Below, one piece after another: positions 1 to 16,100 of a stretch of 64,000 nt of DNA. A model generated the notes under the pieces. It saw nothing but the letters and a program-made list of their open reading frames with translations. It searched no databases and was not told where the DNA came from. The DNA comes from Eledone cirrhosa (taxonomy: Eukaryota): contig OZ024744.1 of assembly GCA_964016885.1 (NCBI GenBank), forward strand, positions 118,234,001-118,298,000. Direction: 5' to 3'. The translations under genes and the position numbers were made by a program. Each line of letters starts with the position of its first letter. The stretch's first letter is position 1.

Positions 1-1919
1 GATATCATGTCAGGGAAGGTAGATGTCATATGTGACAGGTACACAGGAAATACATCATGTCAGGGAAGGTAGATGTTATATGTGACAGGTACACAGGAGA
101 TATAATATCATGTCAGGGAAGGTAGATGTCATATGTGACAGGTACACAGGAGATATAATATGTCAGGGTAGGTAGATGACATATGTGACAGGTACACAGG
201 AGATATGATATCTTGTCAGGGAAGGTAGATGTCATATGTGACAGGTACACAGGAGATTTGATAACATGTCAGGGAAGGTAGATGTCATATGTGACAGGTA
301 CACAGGAGATATATCATGACAGGAAAGGTAGATGTCATATGTGACAGGTACACAGGAGATATGATATCATGTCAGGGTAGGTAGATGTCATATGTGACAG
401 GTACACAGGAGATATGATATGTCAGAGAAGGTAGATGTCATATGTGACAGGTACACATGATATATAATATCATGTCAGGGAAGGTTGATGTCATATGTGA
501 CAGGTACACAGGAGATATATCATGTCAGGGTAGGTAGATGTCATATGTGACAGGTACACAGGAGATACGAGATCATGTCAGGGAAGGTAGATGTCATATG
601 TGACAGGTACACAGGAGATATAATATCATGTCAGGGAAGGTAGATGTCATATGTGACAGGTACACAGGAGTTATATGTCAGGGAAGGTAGATGTCATATG
701 TGACAGGTACACAGGAGATATGACATCATGTCAGGATAGGTAGATGTCATATGTGACAGGTACACAGCAGATATGATATCATGTCAGGGAAGGCAGATGT
801 CATATATGACAGGTACACAGGAGATATGATATCATGTCAGGGAAGGTAGATGTCATATGTGACAGGTACACAGGAGATACGAGATCATGTCAGGGAAGGT
901 AGATGTCATATGTGACAGGTACACAGAAGATATGATATCATGTCAGGGAAGGTAGATGTCATATGTGACAGGTACACAGGAGATATGATATCATGTCAGG
1001 GAAGGTAGATGTCATATGTGACAGGTACACAGGAGATATGATATCATGTCAGGGAAGGTAGATGTCATATGTGACAGGTACACAGGAGATACGAGATCAT
1101 GTCAGGGAAGGTAGATGTCATATGTGACAGGTACACAGGCGATTTGATAACATGTCAGGGAAGGTAGATGTCATATGTGACAGGTACACGGGAGATATAT
1201 CATGTCAGGGAAAGTAAATATTATATGTGACAGTTACACAGGAGATATGATATCATGCCAAGGAAGGTAGATGTCATATGTGACAGGTACACAGGAGATA
1301 CGAGATCATGTCAGGGAAGGTAGATGTCATATGTGACAGGTACACAGGAGATATATCATGTCAGGGAAGGTAAATATTATATGTGACAGTTACACAGGAG
1401 ATATGATATCATGCCAAGGAAGGTAGATGTCATATGTGACAGGTACACAGGAGATATGAGATCATATCAGGGAAGGTAGATGTCATATGTGACAGGTACA
1501 CAGGAGATATATCATATCAGGGAAGGTAGATGTTATATGTGACAGGTACACAGGAGATATGAGATCATGTCAGGGTAGGTAGATGTCATATGTGACAGGT
1601 ACACAGGAGATATAATATTATGTCAGGGTAGGTTGATGTCATATATGACAGGTACACAGGAGATATATCATGTCAGGGAAGGTAGATGTCATATGTGACA
1701 GGTACACAGGAGATACGATATCATGTCAGGGTAGGTAGATGTCATATGTGACAGGTACACAGGAAATATATCATGTCAGGGAAGGTAGATGTCATATATG
1801 ACAGGTACACAGGAGATATGAGATCATGTCAGGGAAGGTAGATGTCATATGTGACAGGTTCACAGGAGATATATCTTTGTCAGGGAAGGTAGATGTCATA
1901 TGTGACAGGTACACAGGAG

Positions 1920-2160
1920 ATATGACATCTACCTTCCCTGACATGATATCATATCTCCTGTGTACCTGTCACATATGACATCTACCTTCCCTGACAAGAT
2001 ATATCTCCTGTGTACCTGTCACATATGACATCTACCTTCCCTGACATGATCTCATATCTCCTGTGTACCTGTCACATATGACATCTACCTTCCCTGAGAT
2101 GATATATTTCCTGTGTACCTGTCACATATGACATCTACTTTCCCTGACATGATATCATAT
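1920..2160 (-). repeat. Class I reverse-oriented satellite insert (241 bp)
   Basis: Reverse complement of the monomer (ATATGACATCTACCTTCCCTGAC...CTCCTGTGTACCTGTCAC), starting at ATATGA and ending at TCATAT. Confidence 0.97.
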
Positions 2161-3427
2161 GTGACAGGTACACAGAAGATATGAGGTCATGTCAGGGTAG
2201 GTAGATGTCATATGTGACAGGTACACAGGAGATATATGTCAGGGAAGGTAGATGTCATATGTGACAGGTACACAGGAGACATAATATCATGTAAGGGTAG
2301 GTAGATGTCATATGTGACAGGTACACAGGAGATATGATATCATGTCAGGGAAGGTAGATGTCATATGTGACAGGAACACAGGATATATAATATCATGTCA
2401 GGGAAGGTTGATGTCATATGTGACAGGTACACAGGAGATATATCATGTCAGGGTAGGTAGGTGTCATATGTGACAGGTACACAGGAGATATAATATCATG
2501 TCAGGGAAGGTAGATGTCATATGTGACAGGTACACAGGAGATATATCATGTCAGGGTAGGTAGATGTCATATGTGACAGGTACACGGGAGATATAATATC
2601 ATGTCAGGGAAGGTAGATGTCATATGTGACAGGTACACGGGAGATATAATATCATGTCAGGGAAGGTAAATGTTATGTGACAGGTACACAGGAGATATGA
2701 TATTATGTCAGAGAAGATAGATGGCATGTGTGACAGGTACACAGGAGATATGCTATCATGTTAGGGAAGGTAGATGTCATATGTGACAGGTACACAGGAG
2801 ATATGAGATCATGTCAGGGAAGGTAGATGTCATATGTGACAGGTATACAGGAGATATGATATCATGTCAGGGAAGGTAGATGTCATATGTGACAGGTACA
2901 CAGGAAATACATCATGTCAGGGAAGGTAGATGTTATATGTGACAGGTACACAGGAGATATAATATGTCAGGGTAGGTAGATGTCATATGTGACAGGTACA
3001 CAGGAGATATGATATCTTGTCAGGGAAGGTAGATGTCATATGTGACAGGTACACAGGAGATATAATATGTCAGGGTAGGTAGATGTCATATGTGACAGGT
3101 ACACAGGAGATATGATATCTTGTCAGGGAAGGTAGATGTCATATGTGACAGGTACACAGGAGATATGATATCATGTTAGGGAAGGTAGATGTCATATGTG
3201 ACAGGTACACAGGAGATATAATGAGATCATGTCAGGGAAGGTAGATGTCATATGTGACAGGTATACAGGAGATATGATATTATGTCAGGGTAGGTTGATG
3301 TCATATATGACAGGTACACAGGAGATATGAGATCATGTCAGGGAAGGTAGATGTCATATGTGACAGGTACACAGGAGATATATCTTGTCAGGGAAGGTAG
3401 ATGTCATATGTGACAGGTACACAGGAG

Positions 3428-3615
3428 ATATGACATCTACCTTCCCTGACAAGATATATCTCCTGTGTACCTGTCACATATGACATCTACCTTCCCTGAC
3501 ATGATCTCATATCTCCTGTGTACATGTCACATATGACATCTACCTTCCCTGACATGATATATTTCCTGTGTACCTGTCACATATGACATCTACTTTCCCT
3601 GACATGATATCATAT
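3428..3615 (-). repeat. Class I reverse-oriented satellite insert (188 bp)
   Basis: Same junctions as 1920-2160; carries the CTACTTTCCC and GTGTACATGTC variants. Confidence 0.97.
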
Positions 3616-6600
3616 GTGACAGGTACACAGGAGATATATGTCAGGGAAGGTAGATGTCATATGTGACAGGTACACAGGAGACATAATATCATGTAAGGGT
3701 AGGTAGATGTCATATGTGACAGGTACACAGGAGATATGATATCATGTCAGGGAAGGTAGATGTCATATGTGACAGGAACACAGGATATATAATATCATGT
3801 CAGGGAAGGTAGATGTCATATGTGACAGGTACACAGGAGATATATCATGTCAGGGTAGGTAGATGTCATATGTGACAGGTATACGGCAGATATAATATCA
3901 TGTCAGGGAAGGTAGATGTCATATGTGACAGGTACACGGGAGATATAATATCATGTCAGGGAAGGTAAATGTTATGTGACAGGTACACAGGAGATATGAT
4001 ATTATGTCAGAGAAGATAGATGGCATGTGTGACAGGTACACAGGAGATATGATATCATGTTAGGGAAGGTAGATGTCATATGTGACAGGTACACAGGAGA
4101 TATAATGAGATCATGTCAGGGAAGGTAGATGTCATATGTGACAGGTATACAGGAGATATGATATCATGTCAGGGAAGGTAGATGTCATATGTGACAGGTA
4201 CACAGGAAATACATCATGTCAGGGAAGGTAGATGTTATATGTGACAGGTACACAGGAGATATAATATCATGTCAGGGAAGGTAGATGTCATATGTGACAG
4301 GTACACAGGAGATATAATATGTCAGGGTAGGTAGATGTCATATGTGACAGGTACACAGGAGATATGATATCTTGTCAGGGAAGGTAGATGTCATATGTGA
4401 CAGGTACACAGGAGATTTGATAACATGACAGGAAAGGTAGATGTAATATGTGACAGGTACACAGGATATGATATCATGTCAGGGTAGGTAGATGTCATAT
4501 GTGACAGGTACACAGGATATATAATATCATGTCAGGGAAGGTTGATGTCATATGTGACAGGTACACAGGATATATATCATGTCAGGGTAGGTAGATGTCA
4601 TATGTGACAGGTACACAGGAGATACGAGATCATGTCAGGGAAGGTAGATGTCATATGTGACACGTACACAGGAGATATGAGATCATGTCAGGGAAGGCAG
4701 ATGTCATATATGACAGGTAAACAGGAGATATGATATCATGTCAGGGAAGGTAGATGTCATATGTGACAGGTACACAGGAGATACGAGATCATGTCAGGGA
4801 AGGTAGATGTCATATGTGACAGGTACACAGGAGATATGATATCATGTCAGGGAAGGTAGATGTCATATGTGACAGGTACACAGAAGATATGATATCATGT
4901 CAGGGAAGGTAGATGTCATATGTGACAGGTACACAGGAGATATGAGATCATGTCAGGGAAGGTAGATGTCATATGTGACAGGTACACAGGAGATATGATA
5001 TCATGTCAGGGAAGGTAGATGTCATATGTGACAGGTACACAGGAGATACGAGATCATGTCAGGGAAGGTAGATGTCATATGTGACAGGTACACAGGAGAT
5101 TTGATAACATGTCAGGGAAGGTAGATGTCATATGTGACAGGTACACGGGAGATATATCATGTCAGGGAAAGTAAATATTATATGTGACAGTTACACAGGA
5201 GATATGATATCATGCCAAGGAAGGTAGATGTCATATGTGACAGGTACACAGGAGATACGAGATCATGTCAGGGAAGGTAGATGTCATATGTGACAGGTAC
5301 ACAGGAGATATATCATGTCAGGGAAGGTAAATATTATATGTGACAGTTACACAGGAGATATGATATCATGCCAAGGAAGGTAGATGTCATATGTGACAGG
5401 TACACAGGAGATATGAGATCATATCAGGGAAGGTAGATGTCATATGTGACAGGTACACAGGAGATATATCATATCAGGGAAGGTAGATGTCATATGTGAC
5501 AGGTACACAGGAGATATAATATCATGTCAGGGTAGGTAGATGTCATATGTGACAGGTACACAGGAGTTATGATATGTCAGGGAAGGTAGATGTCATATGT
5601 GACAGGTACACAGATCTGATATCGTGTCAGGATAGGTAGATGTCATATGTGACAGGTACACAGGAGATATGATATCATGTCAGGGAAGGCAGATGTCATA
5701 TATGACAGGTACACAGGAGATATATCATGTCAGGGAAGGTAGATGTCATATGTGACAGGTACACAGGAGATATGATATCATGTCAGGGAAGGTAGATGTT
5801 ATATGTGACAGGTACACAGGAGATATATCATGCCAGGGAAGGTAGATGTCATATGTGACAGGTACACAGGAGATATGATATCATGTCAGGGAAGGTAGAT
5901 GTCATATGTGACAGGTACACAAGAGATATAATATGTCAGGGTAGGTAGATGTAATATGTGACAGTTACACAGGAGATATGATATCATGTCAGGGTAGGTA
6001 GATGTCATATGTGACAGGTACACAGGAGATATGATATGTCAGGGAAGGTAGATGTCATATGTGACAGGTAAACAGGAGATATGATATCATGTCAGGGAAG
6101 GTAGATGTCATATGTGACAGGTACACAGGATATATAAAATCATGTCAGGGAAGGTAGATGTCATATGTGACAGGTACACAGGAGATATATCATGTCAGGG
6201 TAGGTAGATGTCATATGTGACAGGTACACGGGAGATATAATATCATGTCAGGGAAGGTAGATGTCATATGTGACAGGTATACAGGAGATATGATATCATG
6301 TCAGGGAAGGTAGATGTCATATGTGACAGGTACACAGGAGATATATCATGTCAGGGAAGGTAGATGTCATATGTGACAGGTACACAGGAGATATGATATC
6401 ATGTCAAGGAAGGTAGATGTCATATGTGACAGGTACACAGGAGATCTGATATCGTGTCAGGGAAGGTAGATGTCATATGTGACAGGTACACAGGAGATAT
6501 GATATCATGTTAGGGAAGGTAGATGTCATATGTGACAGGTACACAGGAGATATAATGAGATCATGTCAGGGAAGGTAGATGTCATATGTGACAGGTATAC

Positions 6601-7803
6601 AGGAGATATGATATCATGTCAGGGAAGGTAGATGTCATATGTGACAGGTACACAGGAAATACATCATGTCAGGGAAGGTAGATGTTATATGTGACAGGTA
6701 CACAGGAGATATAATATCATGTCAGGGAAGGTAGATGTCATATGTGACAGGTACACAGGAGATATAATATGTCAGGGTAGGTAGATGACATATGTGACAG
6801 GTACACAGGAGATATGATATCTTGTCAGGGAAGGTAGATGTCATATGTGACAGGTACACAGGAGATTTGATAACATGTCAGGGAAGGTAGATGTCATATG
6901 TGACAGGTACACAGGAGATATATCATGACAGGAAAGGTAGATGTCATATGTGACAGGTACACAGGAGATATGATATCATGTCAGGGTAGGTAGATGTCAT
7001 ATGTGACAGGTACACAGGAGATATGATATGTCAGAGAAGGTAGATGTCATATGTGACAGGTACACAGGATATATAATATCATGTCAGGGAAGGTAGATGT
7101 CATATGTGACAGGTACACAGGAGTTGTGATATGTCAGGGAAGGTAGATGTCATATGTGACAGGTACACAGGAGATATGATATCATGTCAGGATAGGTAGA
7201 TGTCATATGTGACAGGTACACAGGAGATATGATATCATGTCAGGGAAGGCAGATGTCATATGTGACAGGTACACAGGAGTTATGATATGTCAGGGAAGGT
7301 AGATGTCATATGTGACAGGTACACAGGAGATATGATATCATGTCAGGATAGGTAGATGTCATATGTGACAGGTACACAGGAGATATGATATCATGTCAGG
7401 GAAAGCAGATGTCATATATGACAGGTACACAGGAGATATGATATCATGTCAGGGAAGGTAGATGTCATATGTGACAGGTACACAGGAGATACGAGATCAT
7501 GTCAGGGAAGGTAGATGTCATATGTGACAGGTACACAGGAGATATGATATCATGTCAGGGAAGGTAGATGTCATATGTGACAGGTACACAGGAGATATGA
7601 TATCATGTCAGGGAAGGTAGATGTCATATGTGACAGGTACACAGGAGATATAATATTATGTCAGGGTAGGTTGATGTCATATATGACAGGTACACAGGAG
7701 ATATGAGATCATGTCAGGGAAGGTAGATGTCATATGTGACAGGTACACAGGAGATATATCTTGTCAGGGAAGGTAGATGTCATATGTGACAGGTACACAG
7801 GAG

Positions 7804-7991
7804 ATATGACATCTACCTTCCCTGACAAGATATATCTCCTGTGTACCTGTCACATATGACATCTACCTTCCCTGACATGATCTCATATCTCCTGTGTACA
7901 TGTCACATATGACATCTACCTTCCCTGACATGATATATTTCCTGTGTACCTGTCACATATGACATCTACTTTCCCTGACATGATATCATAT
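7804..7991 (-). repeat. Class I reverse-oriented satellite insert (188 bp)
   Basis: Matches 3428-3615 by eye. Confidence 0.97.
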
Positions 7992-10900
7992 GTGACAGGT
8001 ACACAGGAGATATATGTCAGGGAAGGTAGATGTCATATGTGACAGGTACACAGGAGACATAATATCATGTAAGGGTAGGTAGATGTCATATGTGACAGGT
8101 ACACAGGAGATATGATATCATGTCAGGGAAGGTAGATGTCATATGTGACAGGAACACAGGATATATAATATCATGTCAGGGAAGGTAGATGTCATATGTG
8201 ACAGGTACACAGGAGATATATCATGTCAGGGTAGGTAGATGTCATATGTGACAGGTACACGGCAGATATAATATCATGTCAGGGAAGGTAGATGTCATAT
8301 GTGACAGGTACACGGGAGATATAATATCATGTCAGGGAAGGTAAATGTTATGTGACAGGTACACAGGAGATATGATATTATGTCAGAGAAGATAGATGGC
8401 ATGTGTGACAGGTACACAGGAGATATGATATCATGTTAGGGAAGGTAGATGTCATATGTGACAGGTACACAGGAGATATAATGAGATCATGTCAGGGAAG
8501 GTAGATGTCATATGTGACAGGTATACAGGAGATATGATATCATGTCAGGGAAGGTAGATGTCATATGTGACAGGTACACAGGAAATACATCATGTCAGGG
8601 AAGGTAGATGTTATATGTGACAGGTACACAGGAGATATAATATCATGTCAGGGAAGGTAGATGTCATATGTGACAGGTACACAGGAGATATAATATGTCA
8701 GGGTAGGTAGATGTCATATGTGACAGGTACACAGGAGATATGATATCTTGTCAGGGAAGGTAGATGTCATATGTGACAGGTACACAGGAGATTTGATAAC
8801 ATGACAGGAAAGGTAGATGTCATATGTGACAGGTACACAGGATATGATATCATGTCAGGGTAGGTAGATGTCATATGTGACAGGTACACAGGAGATATGA
8901 TATGTCAGAGAAGGTAGATGTCATATGTGACAGGTACACAGGATATATAATATCATGTCAGGGAAGGTTGATGTCATATGTGACAGGTACACAGGAGATA
9001 TATCATGTCAGGGTAGGTAGATGTCATATGTGACAGGTACACAGGAGATACGAGATCATGTCAGGGAAGGTAGATGTCATATGTGACACGTACACAGGAG
9101 ATATAATATCATGTCAGGGAAGGTAGATGTCATATGTGACAGGTACACAGGAGTTATGATATGTCAGGGAAGGTAGATGTCATATGTGACAGGTACACAG
9201 GAGATATGATATCATGTCAGGATAGGTAGATGTCATATGTGACAGGTACACAGGAGATATGATATCATGTCAGGGAAGGCAGATGTCATATATGACAGGT
9301 AAACAGGAGATATGATATCATGTCAGGGAAGGTAGATGTCATATGTGACAGGTACACAGGAGATACGAGATCATGTCAGGGAAGGTAGATGTCATATGTG
9401 ACAGGTACACAGGAGATATGATATCATGTCAGGGAAGGTAGATGTCATATGTGACAGGTACACAGAAGATATGATATCATGTCAGGGAAGGTAGATGTCA
9501 TATGTGACAGGTACACAGGAGATACGAGATCATGTCAGGGAAGGTAGATGTCATATGTGACAGGTACACAGGAGATTTGATAACATGTCAGGGAAGGTAG
9601 ATGTCATATGTGACAGGTACACGGGAGATATATCATGTCAGGGAAAGTAAATATTATATGTGACAGTTACACAGGAGATATGATATCATGCCAAGGAAGG
9701 TAGATGTCATATGTGACAGGTACACAGGAGATACGAGATCATGTCAGGGAAGGTAGATGTCATATGTGACAGGTACACAGGAGATATATCATGTCAGGGA
9801 AGGTAAATATTATATGTGACAGTTACACAGGAGATATGATATCATGCCAAGGAAGGTAGATGTCATATGTGACAGGTACACAGGAGATATGAGATCATAT
9901 CAGGGAAGGTAGATGTCATATGTGACAGGTACACAGGAGATATATCATATCAGGGAAGGTAGATGTCATATGTGACAGGTACACAGGAGATATAATATCA
10001 TGTCAGGGTAGGTAGATGTCATATGTGACAGGTACACAGGAGTTATGATATGTCAGGGAAGGTAGATGTCATATGTGACAGGTACACAGATCTGATATCG
10101 TGTCAGGATAGGTAGATGTCATATGTGACAGGTACACAGGAGATATGATATCATGTCAGGGAAGGCAGATGTCATATATGACAGGTACACAGGAGATATA
10201 TCATGTCAGGGAAGGTAGATGTCATATGTGACAGGTACACAGGAGATATGATATCATGTCAGGGAAGGTAGATGTTATATGTGACAGGTACACAGGAGAT
10301 ATATCATGCCAGGGAAGGTAGATGTCATATGTGACAGGTACACAGGAGATATGATATCATGTCAGGGAAGGTAGATGTCATATGTGACAGGTACACAAGA
10401 GATATAATATGTCAGGGTAGGTAGATGTAATATGTGACAGTTACACAGGAGATATGATATCATGTCAGGGTAGGTAGATGTCATATGTGACAGGTACACA
10501 GGAGATATGATATGTCAGGGAAGGTAGATGTCATATGTGACAGGTAAACAGGAGATATGATATCATGTCAGGGAAGGTAGATGTCATATGCGACAGGTAC
10601 ACAGGATATATAAAATCATGTCAGGGAAGGTAGATGTCATATGTGACAGGTACACAGGAGATATATCATGTCAGGGTAGGTAGATGTCATATGTGACAGG
10701 TACACGGGAGATATAATATCATGTCAGGGAAGGTAGATGTCATATGTGACAGGTATACAGGAGATATGATATCATGTCAGGGAAGGTAGATGTCATATGT
10801 GACAGGTACACAGGAGATATATCATGTCAGGGAAGGTAGATGTCATATGTGACAGGTACACAGGAGATATGATATCATGTCACGGAAGGTAGATGTCATA

Positions 10901-12953
10901 TGTGACAGGTACACAGGAGATCTGATATCGTGTCAGGGAAGGTAGATGTCATATGTGACAGGTACACAGGAGATATGATATCATGTTAGGGAAGGTAGAT
11001 GTCATATGTGACAGGTACACAGGAGATATAATGAGATCATGTCAGGGAAGGTAGATGTCATATGTGACAGGTATACAGGAGATATGATATCATGTCAGGG
11101 AAGGTAGATGTCATATGTGACAGGTACACAGGAAATACATCATGTCAGGGAAGGTAGATGTTATATGTGACAGGTACACAGGAGATATAATATCATGTCA
11201 GGGAAGGTAGATGTCATATGTGACAGGTACACAGGAGATATAATATGTCAGGGTAGGTAGATGACATATGTGACAGGTACACAGGAGATATGATATCTTG
11301 TCAGGGAAGGTAGATGTCATATGTGACAGGTACACAGGAGATTTGATAACATGTCAGGGAAGGTAGATGTCATATGTGACAGGTACACAGGAGATATATC
11401 ATGACAGGAAAGGTAGATGTCATATGTGACAGGTACACAGGAGATATGATATCATGTCAGGGTAGGTAGATGTCATATGTGACAGGTACACAGGAGATAT
11501 GATATGTCAGAGAAGGTAGATGTCATATGTGACAGGTACACAGGATATATAATATCATGTCAGGGAAGGTAGATGTCATATGTGACAGGTACACAGGAGT
11601 TATGATATGTCAGGGAAGGTAGATGTCATATGTGACAGGTACACAGGAGATATGATATCATGTCAGGATAGGTAGATGTCATATGTGACAGGTACACAGG
11701 AGATATGATATCATGTCAGGGAAGGCAGATGTCATATGTGACAGGTACACAGGAGTTATGATATGTCAGGGAAGGTAGATGTCATATGTGACAGGTACAC
11801 AGGAGATATGATATCATGTCAGGATAGGTAGATGTCATATGTGACAGGTACACAGGAGATATGATATCATGTCAGGGAAAGCAGATGTCATATATGACAG
11901 GTACACAGGAGATATGATATCATGTCAGGGAAGGTAGATGTCATATGTGACAGGTACACAGGAGATACGAGATCATGTCAGGGAAGGTAGATGTCATATG
12001 TGACAGGTACACAGGAGATATGATATCATGTCAGGGAAGGTAGATGTCATATGTGACAGGTACACAGGAGATATGATATCATGTCAGGGAAGGTAGATGT
12101 CATATGTGACAGGTACACAGGAGATACGAGATCATGTCAGGGAAGGTAGATGTCATATGTGACAGGTACACAGGAGATTTGATAACATGTCAGGGAAGGT
12201 AGATGTCATATGTGACAGGTACATGGGAGATATATCATGTCAGGGAAAGTAAATATTATATGTGACAGTTACACAGGAGATATGATATCATGCCAAGGAA
12301 GGTAGATGTCATATGTGACAGGTACACAGGAGATACGAGATCATGTCAGGGAAGGTAGATGTCATATGTGACAGATACACAGGAGATATATCATGTCAGA
12401 GAAGGTAAATATTATATGTGACAGTTACACAGGAGATATGATATCATGCCAAGGAAGGTAGATGTCATATGTGACAGGTACACAGGAGATATGAGATCAT
12501 ATCAGGGAAGGTAGATGTCATATGTGACAGGTACACAGGAGATATATCATATCAGGGAAGGTAGATGTTATATGTGACAGGTACACAGGAGATATGAGAT
12601 CATGTCAGGGTAGGTAGATGTCATATGTGACAGGTACACAGGAGATATAATATTATGTCAGGGTAGGTTGATGTCATATATGACAGGTACACAGGAGATA
12701 TATCATGTCAGGGAAGGTAGATGTCATATGTGACAGGTACACAGGAGATACGATATCATGTCAGGGTAGGTAGATGTCATATGTGACAGGTACACAGGAA
12801 ATATATCATGTCAGGGAAGGTAGATGTCATATGTGACAGGTACACAGGAGATATGAGATCATGTCAGGGAAGGTAGATGTCATATGTGACAGGTACACAG
12901 GAGATATATCTTGTCAGGGAAGGTAGATGTCATATGTGACAGGTACACAGGAG

Positions 12954-13141
12954 ATATGACATCTACCTTCCCTGACAAGATATATCTCCTGTGTACCTGT
13001 CACATATGACATCTACCTTCCCTGACATGATCTCATATCTCCTGTGTACATGTCACATATGACATCTACCTTCCCTGACATGATATATTTCCTGTGTACC
13101 TGTCACATATGACATCTACTTTCCCTGACATGATATCATAT
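12954..13141 (-). repeat. Class I reverse-oriented satellite insert (188 bp)
   Basis: Matches 3428-3615; mirror image of 12748-12935. Confidence 0.97.
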
Positions 13142-16100
13142 GTGACAGGTACACAGGAGATATATGTCAGGGAAGGTAGATGTCATATGTGACAGGTACA
13201 CAGGAGACATAATATCATGTAAGGGTAGGTAGATGTCATATGTGACAGGTACACAGGAGATATGATATCATGTCAGGGAAGGTAGATGTCATATGTGACA
13301 GGAACACAGGATATATAATATCATGTCAGGGAAGGTTGATGTCATATGTGACAGGTACACAGGAGATATATCATGTCAGGGTAGGTAGGTGTCATATGTG
13401 ACAGGTACACAGGAGATATAATATCATGTCAGGGAAGGTAGATGTCATATGTGACAGGTACACAGGAGATATATCATGTCAGGGTAGGTAGATGTCATAT
13501 GTGACAGGTACACGGCAGATATAATATCATGTCAGGGAAGGTAGATGTCATATGTGACAGGTACACGGGAGATATAATATCATGTCAGGGAAGGTAAATG
13601 TTATGTGACAGGTACACAGGAGATATGATATTATGTCAGAGAAGATAGATGGCATGTGTGACAGGTACACAGGAGATATGATATCATGTTAGGGAAGGTA
13701 GATGTCATATGTGACAGGTACACAGGAGATATAATGAGATCATGTCAGGGAAGGTAGATGTCATATGTGACAGGTATACAGGAGATATGATATCATGTCA
13801 GGGAAGGTAGATGTCATATGTGACAGGTACACAGGAAATACATCATGTCAGGGAAGGTAGATGTTATATGTGACAGGTACACAGGAGATATAATATCATG
13901 TCAGGGAAGGTAGATGTCATATGTGACAGATACACAGGAGATATAATATGTCAGGGTAGGTAGATGTCATATGTGACAGGTACACAGGAGATATGATATC
14001 TTGTCAGGGAAGGTAGATGTCATATGTGACAGGTACACAGGAGATTTGATAACATGACAGGAAAGGTAGATGTCATATGTGACAGGTACACAGGATATGA
14101 TATCATGTCAGGGTAGGTAGATGTCATATGTGACAGGTACACAGGAGATATGATATGTCAGAGAAGGTAGATGTCATATGTGACAGGTACACAGGATATA
14201 TAATATCATGTCAGGGAAGGTTGATGTCATATGTGACAGGTACACAGGAGATATATCATGTCAGGGTAGGTAGATGTCATATGTGACAGGTACACAGGAG
14301 ATACGAGATCATGTCAGGGAAGGTAGATGTCATATGTGACACGTACACAGGAGATATAATATCATGTCAGGGAAGGTAGATGTCATATGTGACAGGTACA
14401 CAGGAGTTATGATATGTCAGGGAAGGTAGATGTCATATGTGACAGGTACACAGGAGATATGATATGTCAGGATAGGTAGATGTCATATGTGACAGGTACA
14501 CAGGAGATATGATATCATGTCAGGGAAGGCAGATGTCATATATGACAGGTAAACAGGAGATATGATATCATGTCAGGGAAGGTAGATGTCATATGTGACA
14601 GGTACACAGGAGATATGATATCATGTCAGGGAAGGTAGATGTCATATGTGACAGGTACACAGGAGATATGATATCATGTCAGGGAAGGTAGATGTCATAT
14701 GTGACAGGTACACAGAAGATATGATATCATGTCAGGGAAGGTAGATGTCATATGTGACAGGTACACAGGAGATACGAGATCATGTCAGGGAAGGTAGATG
14801 TCATATGTGACAGGTACACAGGAGATTTGATAACATGTCAGGGAAGGTAGATGTCATATGTGACAGGTACACGGGAGATATATCATGTCAGGGAAAGTAA
14901 ATATTATATGTGACAGTTACACAGGAGATATGATATCATGCCAAGGAAGGTAGATGTCATATGTGACAGGTACACAGGAGATACGAGATCATGTCAGGGA
15001 AGGTTGATGTCATATGTGACAGGTACACATGAGATATATCATGTCAGGGAAGGTAAATATTATATGTGACAGTTACACAGGAGATATGATATCATGCCAA
15101 GGAAGGTAGATGTCATATGTGACAGGTACACAGGAGATATGAGATCATATCAGGGAAGGTAGATGTCATATGTGACAGGTACACAGGAGATATATCATAT
15201 CAGGGAAGGTAGATGTCATATGTGACAGGTACACAGATCTGATATCGTGTCAGGATAGGTAGATGTCATATGTGACAGGTACACAGGAGATATATCATGT
15301 CAGGGAAGGCAGATGTCATATATGACAGGTACACAGGAGATATATCATGTCAGGGAAGGTAGATGTCATATGTGACAGGTACACAGGAGATATGATATCA
15401 TGTCAGGGAAGGTAGATGTTATATGTGACAGGTACACAGGAGATATATCATGCCAGGGAAGGTAGATGTCATATGTGACAGGTACACAGGAGATATGATA
15501 TCATGTCAGGGAATGTAGATGTCATATGTGACAGGTACACAAGAGATATGATATGTCAGGGTAGGTAGATGTAATATGTGACAGTTACACAGGAGATATG
15601 ATATCATGCCAAGGAAGGTAGATGTCATATGTGACAGGTACACAGAAGATATAATATCATGTCAGGGAAGGTAGATGTCATATGTGACAAGTACACAGGA
15701 GATATATCATGTCAGGGAAGGTAAATATTATATGTGACAGTTACACAGGAGATATGATATCATGCCAAGGAAGGTAGATGTCATATGTGACAGGTACACA
15801 GGAGATATATCATGTCAAGGTAGGTAGATGTCATATGTGACAGGTACACGGGAGATATAATATCATGTCAGGGAAGGTAGATATCATATGTGACAGGTAC
15901 ACGGGAGATATAATATCATGTCAGGGAAGGTAAATGTTATGTGACAGGTACACAGGAGATATGATATTATGTCAGAGAAGATAGATGGCATGTGTGACAG
16001 GTACACAGTAGATATAATTGGCTCATGTCAGGGAAGGTAGATGTCATATGTGACAGGTACACAGGAGATATGAGATCATGTCAGGGAAGGTAGATGTCAT

